This document shows positions 29,350 through 37,447 of a DNA stretch of 46,054 bases, one piece after another. The first letter of the stretch is position 1. The number at the start of each line of letters is the position of its first letter. The translations under genes were made by a program, and so were the position numbers. The DNA comes from Candidatus Rokuibacteriota bacterium (lineage in GTDB: Bacteria > JAUVQV01 > DATDCY01): positions 1 to 46,054 of the forward strand of contig JANOHV010000157.1 of NCBI GenBank assembly GCA_031406795.1, written 5' to 3'. Below the pieces are notes generated by a model. That model had not been told where the DNA came from. It ran no database searches and saw only the letters and a program-made list of their open reading frames with translations.

Positions 29350-30249
29350 CTACTCCCCGATCCGGTTGCGCATGACGCCGATGCCCTCGATCTCCGTCTC
29401 GAGAAGATCGCCGGGCCGCAGGAACTCCGGGGGGGTGCGCGCAAAACCCACTCCCGCGGGCGTCCCGGTCGAGATGATGTCGCCCGCCTCGAGCGTCATG
29501 CCGAGCGAAAGCTCCTGGAGCAGGCGCGGCAGCTTGAAATAGAGCAATCCGGTGTTCGAATCCTGCTTGGTCACCCCGTTCACCCGACAGGTGAGGCGCA
29601 GGTTCCCGGGATCGATGCTGTCGGCGGTCACCAGCACCGGGCCCATGGGGCAGGTGCCGTCGAGGCTCTTGCCCTTGTGCCACTGGCCGCCGTGGCGGAA
29701 CTGCAGGTCGCGCCAGGACAGATCGTTGATCGTCGTATACCCCCAGACATGCGCCATGGCGGTCTCCGGGCTGAGGTTCTTGCCGCCGGGACCGATCACC
29801 ACGCCGAGTTCGACCTCCCAGTCGAGGGAGGTGGAGATCGAGGCATCGAAGGGGACACGATCGAAGGGACCGGTGACGGCGGTGGTCGCCTTGCTGAAGA
29901 AGACCGGCCACCGGGGAAGCTCGCGGCCGTCGCTCAGCTTCTGCGCGCCCTCCTCGAAGTGCTCGCGGTAGTTCCAGCCGACACAGAAAACATTTTTCGC
30001 AGGGCGCGGGATCGGCGCGTGGAGCTCCGCGTCAGCCAGCCTGACGGCGGAGGCGGGCGCACGCGAGGCCAGGGCGTCGAGCGCCAGGCGCGCCGCCTGC
30101 CCCCCGCGTACGATGCCGAGCATCGTTGAAAAGTCGACATCAGCAACTGGTCCGACGCCGGCCGGGATGTCGACGATCCGGTCGCCTTCGACGACGAGAC
30201 CGGGGCGCGGAGCGCCGCCGACGACGGGGGAGTAGGTGACGAGTTTCAA
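29350..30249 (-). CDS. Fumarylacetoacetate hydrolase family protein
   Basis: CVGWNYREH, LDWEVELGVVIG, NDLSWRD, KGKSLD, GDIISTGTPAGVG. TTG start with SD AGGAGG. Confidence 0.92.
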   Translation of the reverse strand: MKLVTYSPVVGGAPRPGLVVEGDRIVDIPAGVGPVADVDFSTMLGIVRGGQAARLALDALASRAPASAVRLADAELHAPIPRPAKNVFCVGWNYREHFEEGAQKLSDGRELPRWPVFFSKATTAVTGPFDRVPFDASISTSLDWEVELGVVIGPGGKNLSPETAMAHVWGYTTINDLSWRDLQFRHGGQWHKGKSLDGTCPMGPVLVTADSIDPGNLRLTCRVNGVTKQDSNTGLLYFKLPRLLQELSLGMTLEAGDIISTGTPAGVGFARTPPEFLRPGDLLETEIEGIGVMRNRIGE

Positions 30250-30524
30250 GGCTCCTCCTGGTTGCGCGGTTCTTCAGCAGCATAGTAGCCACTCGGGGTG
30301 CCCGGCATCAAGTCGCTCCTCGCGCGTCGCAGGCGCCTGCTCGCGGTTGGCGGCGTGCGCACGGCCGCGGTTCTGCGGTATCATCGGAGCGTCCGGTTCC
30401 GTCATCCCGCAGCGCGCGGGCAATCCGCCAACATCGAAGGGGGCGTCAGGGGAATGAAGACCAGGGAGATCCAGCAGAAACCAACGCCCGGCTCGCCGAT
30501 CCTGAGCCGGCGCCGCAAATTCCC

Positions 30525-30791
30525 GTGAGCGATTTTCCGAGACTCTGCGCCGCTGCGCACCTGCTGCCGTCCGACCCGGACGTGCCGCTGGGCGACGCCG
30601 ATCTGGTGCGCCTGATCTGCAGCGACTGCCCCTTCTACAAGGAGGGGGAGGACGAGGAACTCGAGTGCGGCGCCTTCATGCTCCTGCGCCACCTGCTGCG
30701 GAAGAAAACGGTGACCGTGCAGGCGATTCTCGATGCGGTGCGCGACGGGGAGAGCGCGGAGGGATCGTCGCCCTCACGCGGGGAGGGTTAA
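30525..30791 (+). CDS. Small Cys-containing hypothetical protein upstream of the radical SAM gene
   Basis: 88 aa, ICSDCPFY..ELECGAF, ends 6 nt before the radical SAM start. Start uncertain. Confidence 0.7.
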   Translation: MSDFPRLCAAAHLLPSDPDVPLGDADLVRLICSDCPFYKEGEDEELECGAFMLLRHLLRKKTVTVQAILDAVRDGESAEGSSPSRGEG

Positions 30792-30797
30792 CCGGGC

Positions 30798-32000
30798 GTG
30801 TCGCCCCCCCCGCCGCCGCAGTCGCCGGGTTTGGCAGACTGGCTGGCCCTGCCCCCCCATTGCACCCTCAAGCGCCTCGAAACGCCGGCGCTCTACGACA
30901 CCCGCGCCGACGAGCTGTACGAACTCGACGAGGAAGCTCTGCGATTTCTCGCATCCTGCCCTTCGCGCGCGGCGGCGGATCGCGCGCCGGAGACAGCGGC
31001 CCTCGTCGAATTCTGCCGCGGGGAAGGACTGCTCGTTTCCTCGAGCGCGCCAGTCGCCACGGAGGTCCCCGCGCTTCCCCCGCTGCTGCCCAGCCTGCGC
31101 TACCTGCTCGTGCATCTCACCGACCGGTGCACGCTGCGCTGCCGGCACTGCTTCATCGGGCACCAGACCGGAACGGATCTGCCGTATGCCGCGGTACTGC
31201 GCCTCGCCGGGGAGTTCGTCGAACTCCAGGGGTTGCGCTTCATCGTCTCCGGGGGAGAACCGCTGCTGCACCGGGACTTCTGGCGGCTCAACGAGCGGCT
31301 TTCGGGGTACCCGTTCCGCTCGATCCTGCTGACGAATGGCAGCTTGCTCGATCGGGCGGCGGCGCGGGCGCTTCGCTTCCACGAGGTGCAGGTGAGCCTC
31401 GACGGACCGCAGGACGCGCACGATCTGCTTCGCGGCAGCGGGAGCTTCCGCCGCGCTGTCGCCGCGCTGCGCAACCTTGCGGAGGCAGGCGTGCCGATCT
31501 CGGTCGCCACCGTCGTCTTCGCGGGAAATCTCGAGCGCTTTGACGAATTGGCGGCCATCCTGCGCGAATTCCCGCTGCGCGGCTGGTCCATCGACGTCCC
31601 CTGCCCGGCCGGCTCCATGGCTGACCACCCCGCGCTGCTCCCCGATCCGGTGCGGGCCGCCGCACTCATGGCGCGTTCGCACGGCGGCGGCTTCTACGGC
31701 TCCAGCGGCGGCTACGCCTGCGGGGCGCACCTGGCTGCCGTCATGGCGGACGGCACGATCGACAAGTGCGGCTATTTCACCAGCCTTCGGTCCGGTCAGG
31801 CCAGCGAGGGGCTGACGGCCGCCTGGGCGCGCCTGCCCCGGTGGCGCCTCGAGGAGCTCTCCTGCACCTGCGCGCACCTGGCGGAATGCCGCGGCGGCTG
31901 CCGGTTCCGTGCGCAAGCCCACGGCGACCTGCTCGGCCCCGACCCCGCCATGTGTTACCAGCGCGGGGTGCCCGTCGGCGGCGACCGCCGCGGCTCTTGA
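30798..32000 (+). CDS. Radical SAM/SPASM peptide-maturase-like protein with N-terminal RRE (PqqD-like) domain
   Basis: N-terminal LKRLETPALYDTRADELYELDEEALRFL..LVEFCRGEGLL, CTLRCRHC, SGGEPLLH, QVSLDG, SPASM CGAH..DKC..CTCAHLAECRGGC..DPAMC. Confidence 0.88.
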   Translation: MSPPPPPQSPGLADWLALPPHCTLKRLETPALYDTRADELYELDEEALRFLASCPSRAAADRAPETAALVEFCRGEGLLVSSSAPVATEVPALPPLLPSLRYLLVHLTDRCTLRCRHCFIGHQTGTDLPYAAVLRLAGEFVELQGLRFIVSGGEPLLHRDFWRLNERLSGYPFRSILLTNGSLLDRAAARALRFHEVQVSLDGPQDAHDLLRGSGSFRRAVAALRNLAEAGVPISVATVVFAGNLERFDELAAILREFPLRGWSIDVPCPAGSMADHPALLPDPVRAAALMARSHGGGFYGSSGGYACGAHLAAVMADGTIDKCGYFTSLRSGQASEGLTAAWARLPRWRLEELSCTCAHLAECRGGCRFRAQAHGDLLGPDPAMCYQRGVPVGGDRRGS

Positions 32001-32117
32001 CAACCTCAGGACCTACGATAGTAGGCAGGTCTGCCAGGCGATCGCCGGTCTGCTCGCTCCCGGACGCTGACCGCCGCTGCGCAAGGGTTGATGATCGCGC
32101 GCTGCGGGCCATCTCCC

Positions 32118-32146
32118 TTGACACGCCGAGGGGTCGGATATAAGTT
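32118..32146 (+). promoter_or_regulatory. Sigma70 promoter of the 20-aa peptide gene
   Basis: Consensus TTGACA (32118-32123), 17 nt spacer, TAAGTT. Confidence 0.6.
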
Positions 32147-32218
32147 CGAATCCCGGGTTGACGACTTCTACGGATTGCGCCGGGACAGGCGCTTCATGCA
32201 GGAAAGGAGGTGGGTCCC

Positions 32219-32281
32219 ATGAAGATCACCAAGATGACCAAGCAGGCCTCGACGCTGTGCAAGTGCAAGAGCAGCTGTTAG
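32219..32281 (+). CDS. 20-aa Cys-rich peptide MKITKMTKQASTLCKCKSSC, candidate RiPP precursor; absent from the ORF track
   Basis: SD AAAGGAGGTG just upstream of ATG, almost all codons end in G/C like host genes, promoter upstream and terminator downstream. Confidence 0.75.
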   Translation: MKITKMTKQASTLCKCKSSC

Positions 32282-32302
32282 TCGCTCTCTTCACCGATTG
32301 AC

Positions 32303-32340
32303 GGAGACCCCGGAGGGCATCCCTCCGGGGTCTCCTGTCT
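32303..32340 (+). terminator. Intrinsic terminator-like hairpin after the peptide gene
   Basis: Perfect 15-bp stem GGAGACCCCGGAGGG-CAT-CCCTCCGGGGTCTCC followed by TGTCT. Confidence 0.7.
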
Positions 32341-32409
32341 CGAACGGCGGGGAACTCCATCGTTGCGCTGTGGTAGAATCCACGGGTTTTTAAAGCAACG
32401 GAGGAACCC

Positions 32410-34104
32410 ATGAGCGACGAGACCACGTCCGAGACCGCCCCCCGTGACTTCATCCGCGAGATCGTCGCCACCGACGTCAAGGCCGGCGTCAACGGCGGCC
32501 GCGTGGCGACGCGGTTCCCGCCCGAACCGAACGGTTACCTCCACATCGGGCACGCCAAGTCCATCTGCCTGAACTTCGGCGTCGCCCGGCAATTCGGCGG
32601 CACCTGCAATCTGCGGCTGGACGACACGAACCCGGCCAAGGAGGAGGGGGAGTACGTCGACTCGATCATCGGCGACGTCCGCTGGCTCGGCTTCGACTGG
32701 GGGGAGCGTCTTTATTACGCTTCGGACTACTTCGAGCGGCTCTACGAGTTTGCCGAACAGTTGATCCGGCGCGGCAAGGCCTACGTCGACGACCAGAGCG
32801 CCGACGAGATCCGCGAACGGCGCGGCACGCTCACCAACCCCGGCGAGGACAGCCCCTGGCGCGACCGGAGCGTCGAGGAGAATCTCGACCTCTTCCACCG
32901 GATGCGCGCCGGCGAATTCCCCGACGGCGCCCGTGTGCTGCGCGCGAAGATCGACATGGCGGCGCCCAACATCGTGCTGCGCGACCCGACGCTCTATCGC
33001 ATCAAGCGCGCCACGCACCACCGCACCGGCGACGCCTGGTGCATCTACCCGATGTACGATTTCGCCCACTGCCTCTCCGATGCCATCGAGGGGATCACGC
33101 ACTCGATCTGCACGCTGGAGTTCGAAATCAACCGCCCGCTCTACGACTGGGTCATCGACAATGTGGACGCCCCCGCCCGCCCGCGCCAGTACGAGTTCGC
33201 GCGGCTGAATCTGACCTACACCGTCATTTCGAAGCGCAAGCTGCTCCGGCTCGTTCAGGGCGGCACCGTCTCCGGCTGGGACGACCCGCGGATGCCGACC
33301 CTCTCGGGGCTGCGCCGCCGCGGTTATACCCCCGAGGCGATTCGCGCCTTCTGCGACAAGATCGGTGTCGGCAGGCGCGACAGCACCGTGGACGTCGCGC
33401 TGCTCGAGCACTGCCTGCGCGAGGACCTGAACCGGCGTTCGCCCCGGCTGATGGCGGTGTTGCGCCCCTTGAAACTGGTCATCGAGAATTACCCCGAGGA
33501 CGAGGTCGAGGAACTCGACGCCGTGAACAACCCCGAGGACCCGGCGGCCGGCGGCCGCAAAGTCCCCTTCTCCCGCGAACTCTTCATTGACCGCGAGGAC
33601 TTCCGGGAGGACCCGCCCAAGGGGTTCCTCCGGCTCGCCCCGGGGCGCGAAGTGCGGCTGCGCTACGCGTATTTCGTCAAGTGCGTCGGCGTCGTCAGGG
33701 ATGCGGCAGGCGAAATCGCCGAGGTGCGCTGCACCTACGACCCGGCGACGCGCGGCGGGGACGCGCCGGACGGGCGCAAGGTGAAAGTGACGATGCACTG
33801 GGTGTCGGCTGCCCGTGCGCATACCGCCGAGGTTCGCCTCTACGACCGCCTCTTCGCGTTGGAGAGCCCCGACGAGGCGGAAGATTTTCTCTCGACGCTC
33901 AACCCGAATTCGCTCGAGATCCTGCAGGGCTGCCGGGTCGAACCCGCGCTCGCGCAGGTGCCGCCCGGAGCCATCGTCCAATTCGAGCGCGTGGGTTATT
34001 TCGCCGCCGATCTGCGTGATTCCCGACCGGATGCCCCGGTCTTCAACCGGGCCGTGACTCTGCGCGATGCCTGGGCGAAGATGCAGAAGGCGCCTCGTCC
34101 TTGA
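32410..34104 (+). CDS. glnS: Glutamine--tRNA ligase
   Basis: [51 protein letters not shown]. Extended -10 TGGTAGAAT at 32371-32379. Confidence 0.96.
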   Translation: MSDETTSETAPRDFIREIVATDVKAGVNGGRVATRFPPEPNGYLHIGHAKSICLNFGVARQFGGTCNLRLDDTNPAKEEGEYVDSIIGDVRWLGFDWGERLYYASDYFERLYEFAEQLIRRGKAYVDDQSADEIRERRGTLTNPGEDSPWRDRSVEENLDLFHRMRAGEFPDGARVLRAKIDMAAPNIVLRDPTLYRIKRATHHRTGDAWCIYPMYDFAHCLSDAIEGITHSICTLEFEINRPLYDWVIDNVDAPARPRQYEFARLNLTYTVISKRKLLRLVQGGTVSGWDDPRMPTLSGLRRRGYTPEAIRAFCDKIGVGRRDSTVDVALLEHCLREDLNRRSPRLMAVLRPLKLVIENYPEDEVEELDAVNNPEDPAAGGRKVPFSRELFIDREDFREDPPKGFLRLAPGREVRLRYAYFVKCVGVVRDAAGEIAEVRCTYDPATRGGDAPDGRKVKVTMHWVSAARAHTAEVRLYDRLFALESPDEAEDFLSTLNPNSLEILQGCRVEPALAQVPPGAIVQFERVGYFAADLRDSRPDAPVFNRAVTLRDAWAKMQKAPRP

Positions 34105-34128
34105 CATTACCTATCGGTCGTATAGACT
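34101..34128 (+). promoter_or_regulatory. Putative promoter of the cytochrome c3 gene, overlapping the glnS stop
   Basis: TTGACA-N16-TAGACT. Confidence 0.5.
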
Positions 34129-34202
34129 GACGTGCAAGTGCCGGGAGTCACATGAACTCGCGCCTGCGGGTGCCCGGCCGTCAACGCCACAGGGAGGTAT
34201 CC

Positions 34203-34649
34203 GTGAAAAAACTTCTGGGCTGCATCGCCATCGCTCTCCTCGCGCTCTCCCCCGGTCTCGCAGCCGCGGCGGAAAAGGTCCCGGAGGGGAAGGAATCGCT
34301 GACCTTGGAATCGATGTCGAAGGCCAGGAAGGCCTCGGGGAAAAAAGTCCTCAAGGGACCGGTGCCCTTCGCCCACCAGGCCCACGTCGACAAGGGAGTC
34401 GCCTGCACGGATTGCCACCACAAGGAGAAGGCCGGTGATACGCCACAACCCTGCTCCGCGTGCCACAAGGACACCAAGGGAGACGCCCCGAAGATCAGCG
34501 ATGCTTTTCACGGCGGCGAAAATGACTCGCTGCCGTCGCTGCAGTCCTGCATCGGCTGCCACGCGCGCAAGGTCGCCGGCCAGAAGGCCACCAACGCCCC
34601 GGTCTCGAGGGAACCCTGCGCTGCCTGCCACAGCATCCTGAAGAAATAG
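34203..34649 (+). CDS. Tetraheme cytochrome c3 (class III)
   Basis: SD GGAGG, GTG start, signal peptide, PVPFAHQAH, CTDCHH, CSACH, AFH, CIGCH, CAACH. Confidence 0.9.
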   Translation: MKKLLGCIAIALLALSPGLAAAAEKVPEGKESLTLESMSKARKASGKKVLKGPVPFAHQAHVDKGVACTDCHHKEKAGDTPQPCSACHKDTKGDAPKISDAFHGGENDSLPSLQSCIGCHARKVAGQKATNAPVSREPCAACHSILKK

Positions 34650-34707
34650 CCGGCCGACGAGGTCGGCCGTCAGCGCAGTACCGGGGCGGGGTCGCTACCC
34701 CGCCCCG

Positions 34708-34771
34708 AACAAAAACCACCCGCGCCAAGAACGTCGAACCCCAAAGGACGTGGAGGCGGGTGGTTTTTGTT
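34708..34771. terminator. Long inverted repeat between the convergent c3 and tRNA genes (bidirectional terminator-like)
   Basis: AACAAAAACCACCCGC...GCGGGTGGTTTTTGTT, 16-bp perfect arms. A second hairpin CGGGGCGGGGT-CGCT-ACCCCGCCCCG lies just before it. Confidence 0.6.
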
Positions 34772-34845
34772 TGGCTGGGGGACAAGGATTCGAACCTTGA
34801 TAAGCAGAGTCAGAGTCTGCTGTCCTGCCGTTGGACGATCCCCCA
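34772..34845 (-). tRNA. tRNA-Gln (anticodon CTG)
   Basis: TGGGGGATCGTCCAACGGCAGGACAGCAGACTCTGACTCTGCTTATCAAGGTTCGAATCCTTGTCCCCCAGCCA: cloverleaf, TTCGAAT T-loop, encoded CCA. Confidence 0.96.
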
Positions 34846-34887
34846 GTGTCGGCGGGAATATACCCAGTTCCCGCCCTCAGGTCAAAT

Positions 34888-35013
34888 GCAGGCTACTGAA
34901 AAAGGCCCATCTGCTGCGTTGGACTTCGCCCTTCGTCCCTGCGGCGTACTGTTCGTACGCCTCAGTCCTCAGGACTCGCCCGCCTTGCACCTGGGCCTTT
35001 TTGAGCAGCCTGC
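34888..35013. mobile_element. 126-bp MITE-like element with 22-bp terminal inverted repeats
   Basis: GCAGGCTACTGAAAAAGGCCCA ... TGGGCCTTTTTGAGCAGCCTGC (20/22 match), internal hairpin GGCGTAC-TGTTC-GTACGCC, no ORF. Confidence 0.7.
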
Positions 35014-35041
35014 CCCATCCCTGAGTCGCTTCGGCCGTACG

Positions 35042-36541
35042 CTACGATGCGGCGGCCTCCAGCAGCGCGACCGCGCGACGCACGCGCGTCAGGACCGTTT
35101 CGCGCCCGATGACCGCCATGCTCTCGAACAGCGGCGGGCTGACGCTCTGGCCGGTCACCGCCACCCGCAGGATACCGAAGATCTGGTTGGGCGAGAGACC
35201 CAGTTGGTCGACCAGGGCGCGCAGCGGCGGCTCCGCGACATCGTGCGCAACGGAGGGGAGGCCTTCGAGAATGGCGAGACAGCGCGCGGCAACCGCCGCC
35301 GACTCGGCCGCGCTGAGTTTCTTTGCGACCAGCGCGGCGGCGTCCGCGGCGACGTCGTCGCGGAAGAAGAACCCGCCGATGGCGACCGCGTCGTCGAGCG
35401 TGACCATGCGCTCGCGGATCAGCGGAACGACCGCAAGGAGGCGCGCCTCGTCCACGACAAGACCTGCGCCCTCCAGGTACGGCCGCAGCCGGCGGGCGAG
35501 TTCGGGCTCGGGCAGAGCCCGGATGTGCACGCCGTTGAAGTGATCCAGCTTGGTGAAGTTGATCGCCGCCGGCGAGGGGTTGAGCCGGTCGAGACTGAAT
35601 GACTTGACCAGATCGGCGAGCGTGAAGAATTCCGTGTGGTCGTCCAGGCTCCAGCCCATCAGGGCGATCCAGTTCACGACGCCCTCGGGGGTGTAGCCGA
35701 GATCCTTGAGGTCCTTGACGAAGATCGAGTACCCGTCCTTGACCAGGTCCGCCGACTCGCGCTTGCTCATCTTGCCCTTCCCGCTGGGCTTGAGAAAGAC
35801 CGAGAGGTGGACGAACTCCGGCTCTTTCCAGCCGAGCGCCCGAATGATGTGGGCGTGCAGCGGGAAGGTCGGCAGCCACTCCGAGCCGCGGATGACGTGG
35901 CTGATCTGCATCAGGTGATCGTCGACCATCGCCGCGAGGTGGTAGAGCGCGAGCCCGTCGGACTTGACGATGATGTAGTCGTCGAGCTGGCGATTCTCGA
36001 CCGTGATCGCCCCGCGCACGCGATCGCGCACGGTGATCGACCCCTCGCGCGGCATCCGGAAGCGGACGACGTGCCGCTCGCCGGCGGCCACCCGCCGCGC
36101 CGACTCCACCGGTTCGAGCCGGCGGCAGGTGCCGTCGTACATCGTCGGCAGCCGGTGCGCCTGGGCCTCCTTGCGCATGGCGTCGAGGCGCTCCGGCGAA
36201 CAGAAGCAGGGGTAGGCGTTGCCGCGCTCGACGAGACGCCGCGCGTGTTCGCGGTAAATCTCGGCCCGCTCCGACTGGCGATACGGTCCGAACGGGCCGC
36301 CGACGTCGGGCCCCTCGTCCCATTGCAGCCCGAGCCAGCGCAGGCTCGCCATCAGCTCCTCTTCGGAGCCGGGGACGAAGCGCTTGCGGTCGGTGTCCTC
36401 GATGCGCAGGATGAATTTCCCGCCCGTCTGGCGGGCGACGAGATAGTCGAACAGCGCGGTGCGCCCGCTCCCGAGGTGGGTGTACCCCGTCGGGCTCGGC
36501 GCGAAGCGCACGCGCACCGGCGCCGGCCCGGCTTCGCTCAC
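35042..36541 (-). CDS. gltX: Glutamate--tRNA ligase
   Basis: RVRFAPSPTGYTHLGS, LRIEDTD, VDDHLMQISHVIRGSEW, KMSKR, LRVAVTG..SPPLFESM. GTG start at 36541. Confidence 0.95.
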   Translation of the reverse strand: MSEAGPAPVRVRFAPSPTGYTHLGSGRTALFDYLVARQTGGKFILRIEDTDRKRFVPGSEEELMASLRWLGLQWDEGPDVGGPFGPYRQSERAEIYREHARRLVERGNAYPCFCSPERLDAMRKEAQAHRLPTMYDGTCRRLEPVESARRVAAGERHVVRFRMPREGSITVRDRVRGAITVENRQLDDYIIVKSDGLALYHLAAMVDDHLMQISHVIRGSEWLPTFPLHAHIIRALGWKEPEFVHLSVFLKPSGKGKMSKRESADLVKDGYSIFVKDLKDLGYTPEGVVNWIALMGWSLDDHTEFFTLADLVKSFSLDRLNPSPAAINFTKLDHFNGVHIRALPEPELARRLRPYLEGAGLVVDEARLLAVVPLIRERMVTLDDAVAIGGFFFRDDVAADAAALVAKKLSAAESAAVAARCLAILEGLPSVAHDVAEPPLRALVDQLGLSPNQIFGILRVAVTGQSVSPPLFESMAVIGRETVLTRVRRAVALLEAAAS

Positions 36542-36549
36542 CGCGCGGC

Positions 36550-37233
36550 CTACTTCGGTGCCGGCGAGTTCGCCTGCTGGCCGAGTTCGCGGGCGGCCTT
36601 GTCGAGATCGGTCCCGCCGGCCGCCTGGCTCCGCAGCTCCTCGATCGAGCGGCGGATGCTCTCGGCGTTCGGATCGCCGGGCGCCACCCGCAGATAGTCC
36701 TCCCAGGCCGCGATTGCGCCCTTGGGGTCGTTGAGGTCGTGCATCAGCACGACCCCGATGTTCATGCGGCTCTGCGGGTGCGTCGGGCTGAGCGATGCCG
36801 CCTTGCGGAAGACCGCGAGCGCCTTCGGGAAGTCTTTGAGTTGACGGTACATGACGCCCATGTCGGTCAGCACGTTCGGGTCGTCCCCTTTGATGGCGAG
36901 CGCCTTGCTGTAGGCATCCACCGACTTTTGCGCCTCGCCGAGGTCGAAGTAGTCGTTGCCGATCTGGACCAGCGCCTGGTAGTTGTTCGGGTCCTTCTTC
37001 ACGATATCCTCGAGTTGCGCGATGTCGCGCGAAAGCTTGATGCGGTCCGGACCCTGCTGCTGCCCCCCCGTGATGGGCGCCGGGGCGCCGGATCCCCCGG
37101 AGCCGCCGGACGGCCCGGTGAAATTCATGATGATCATGCCGACAACGAGTCCGGCGATGAAGCCGCTGCCGACGAGGATCGCTTTGTTCGGGGTGTCCGG
37201 GCCGGTCTTGCGGGGCGGTTGATTCGCTGCCAT
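36550..37233 (-). CDS. Membrane-anchored TPR protein
   Basis: N-terminal TM helix, TPR repeats (LVQIGNDYFD, VLTDMGVMY, SRMNIGVVL), SD AAGGAGG. Confidence 0.85.
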   Translation of the reverse strand: MAANQPPRKTGPDTPNKAILVGSGFIAGLVVGMIIMNFTGPSGGSGGSGAPAPITGGQQQGPDRIKLSRDIAQLEDIVKKDPNNYQALVQIGNDYFDLGEAQKSVDAYSKALAIKGDDPNVLTDMGVMYRQLKDFPKALAVFRKAASLSPTHPQSRMNIGVVLMHDLNDPKGAIAAWEDYLRVAPGDPNAESIRRSIEELRSQAAGGTDLDKAARELGQQANSPAPK

Positions 37234-37349
37234 GGCGCACTCCTCCTTGATCGGTGAATGGTTTGTGCTTATACCACGAGAAGGCCCCCGTCCGGAAGTG
37301 CCTTTAGAACTGCTCGAGGTAAGCGTTCAATGAAGTGCGGTAACTTCTC

Positions 37350-37429
37350 CCGTTCGTGGTGAGCCTGTCGAACCACGAACAGGAAAGAGTCTTCATACAA
37401 GCGCCCTTCGACGGGCTCAGGGCGAACGG
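37350..37429. repeat. REP-like palindromic element of the CCGTTCG..TGAGCCTGTCGAA / TTCGAC.GGCTCA..CGAACGG type
   Basis: Nested inverted repeats that can fold into one long hairpin; intergenic. Confidence 0.7.
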
Positions 37430-37447
37430 TACTGATCGGGCCACCGT

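Noticed and set aside
30526-30528. Selenocysteine read-through of the TGA ending the 24-aa ORF
   Set aside because: The TGA overlaps the next start codon, no convincing SECIS follows, and the context is not Cys-like.
31998-32030. Second TTGACA overlapping the radical SAM stop codon as a promoter
   Set aside because: No good -10 box at 16-18 nt; the 32118 promoter fits better.
34772-34845. tRNA-Gln as an integration site
   Set aside because: No integrase and no duplicated tRNA 3' end seen in the window.
36542-37240. Apparent 233-aa N-terminal extension of GltX (732-aa track ORF)
   Set aside because: It overlaps the TPR gene in another frame; GluRS motifs begin right after GTG 36541. The same artefact extends the gspB, phaC, phaE, GT-C and methyltransferase ORFs.
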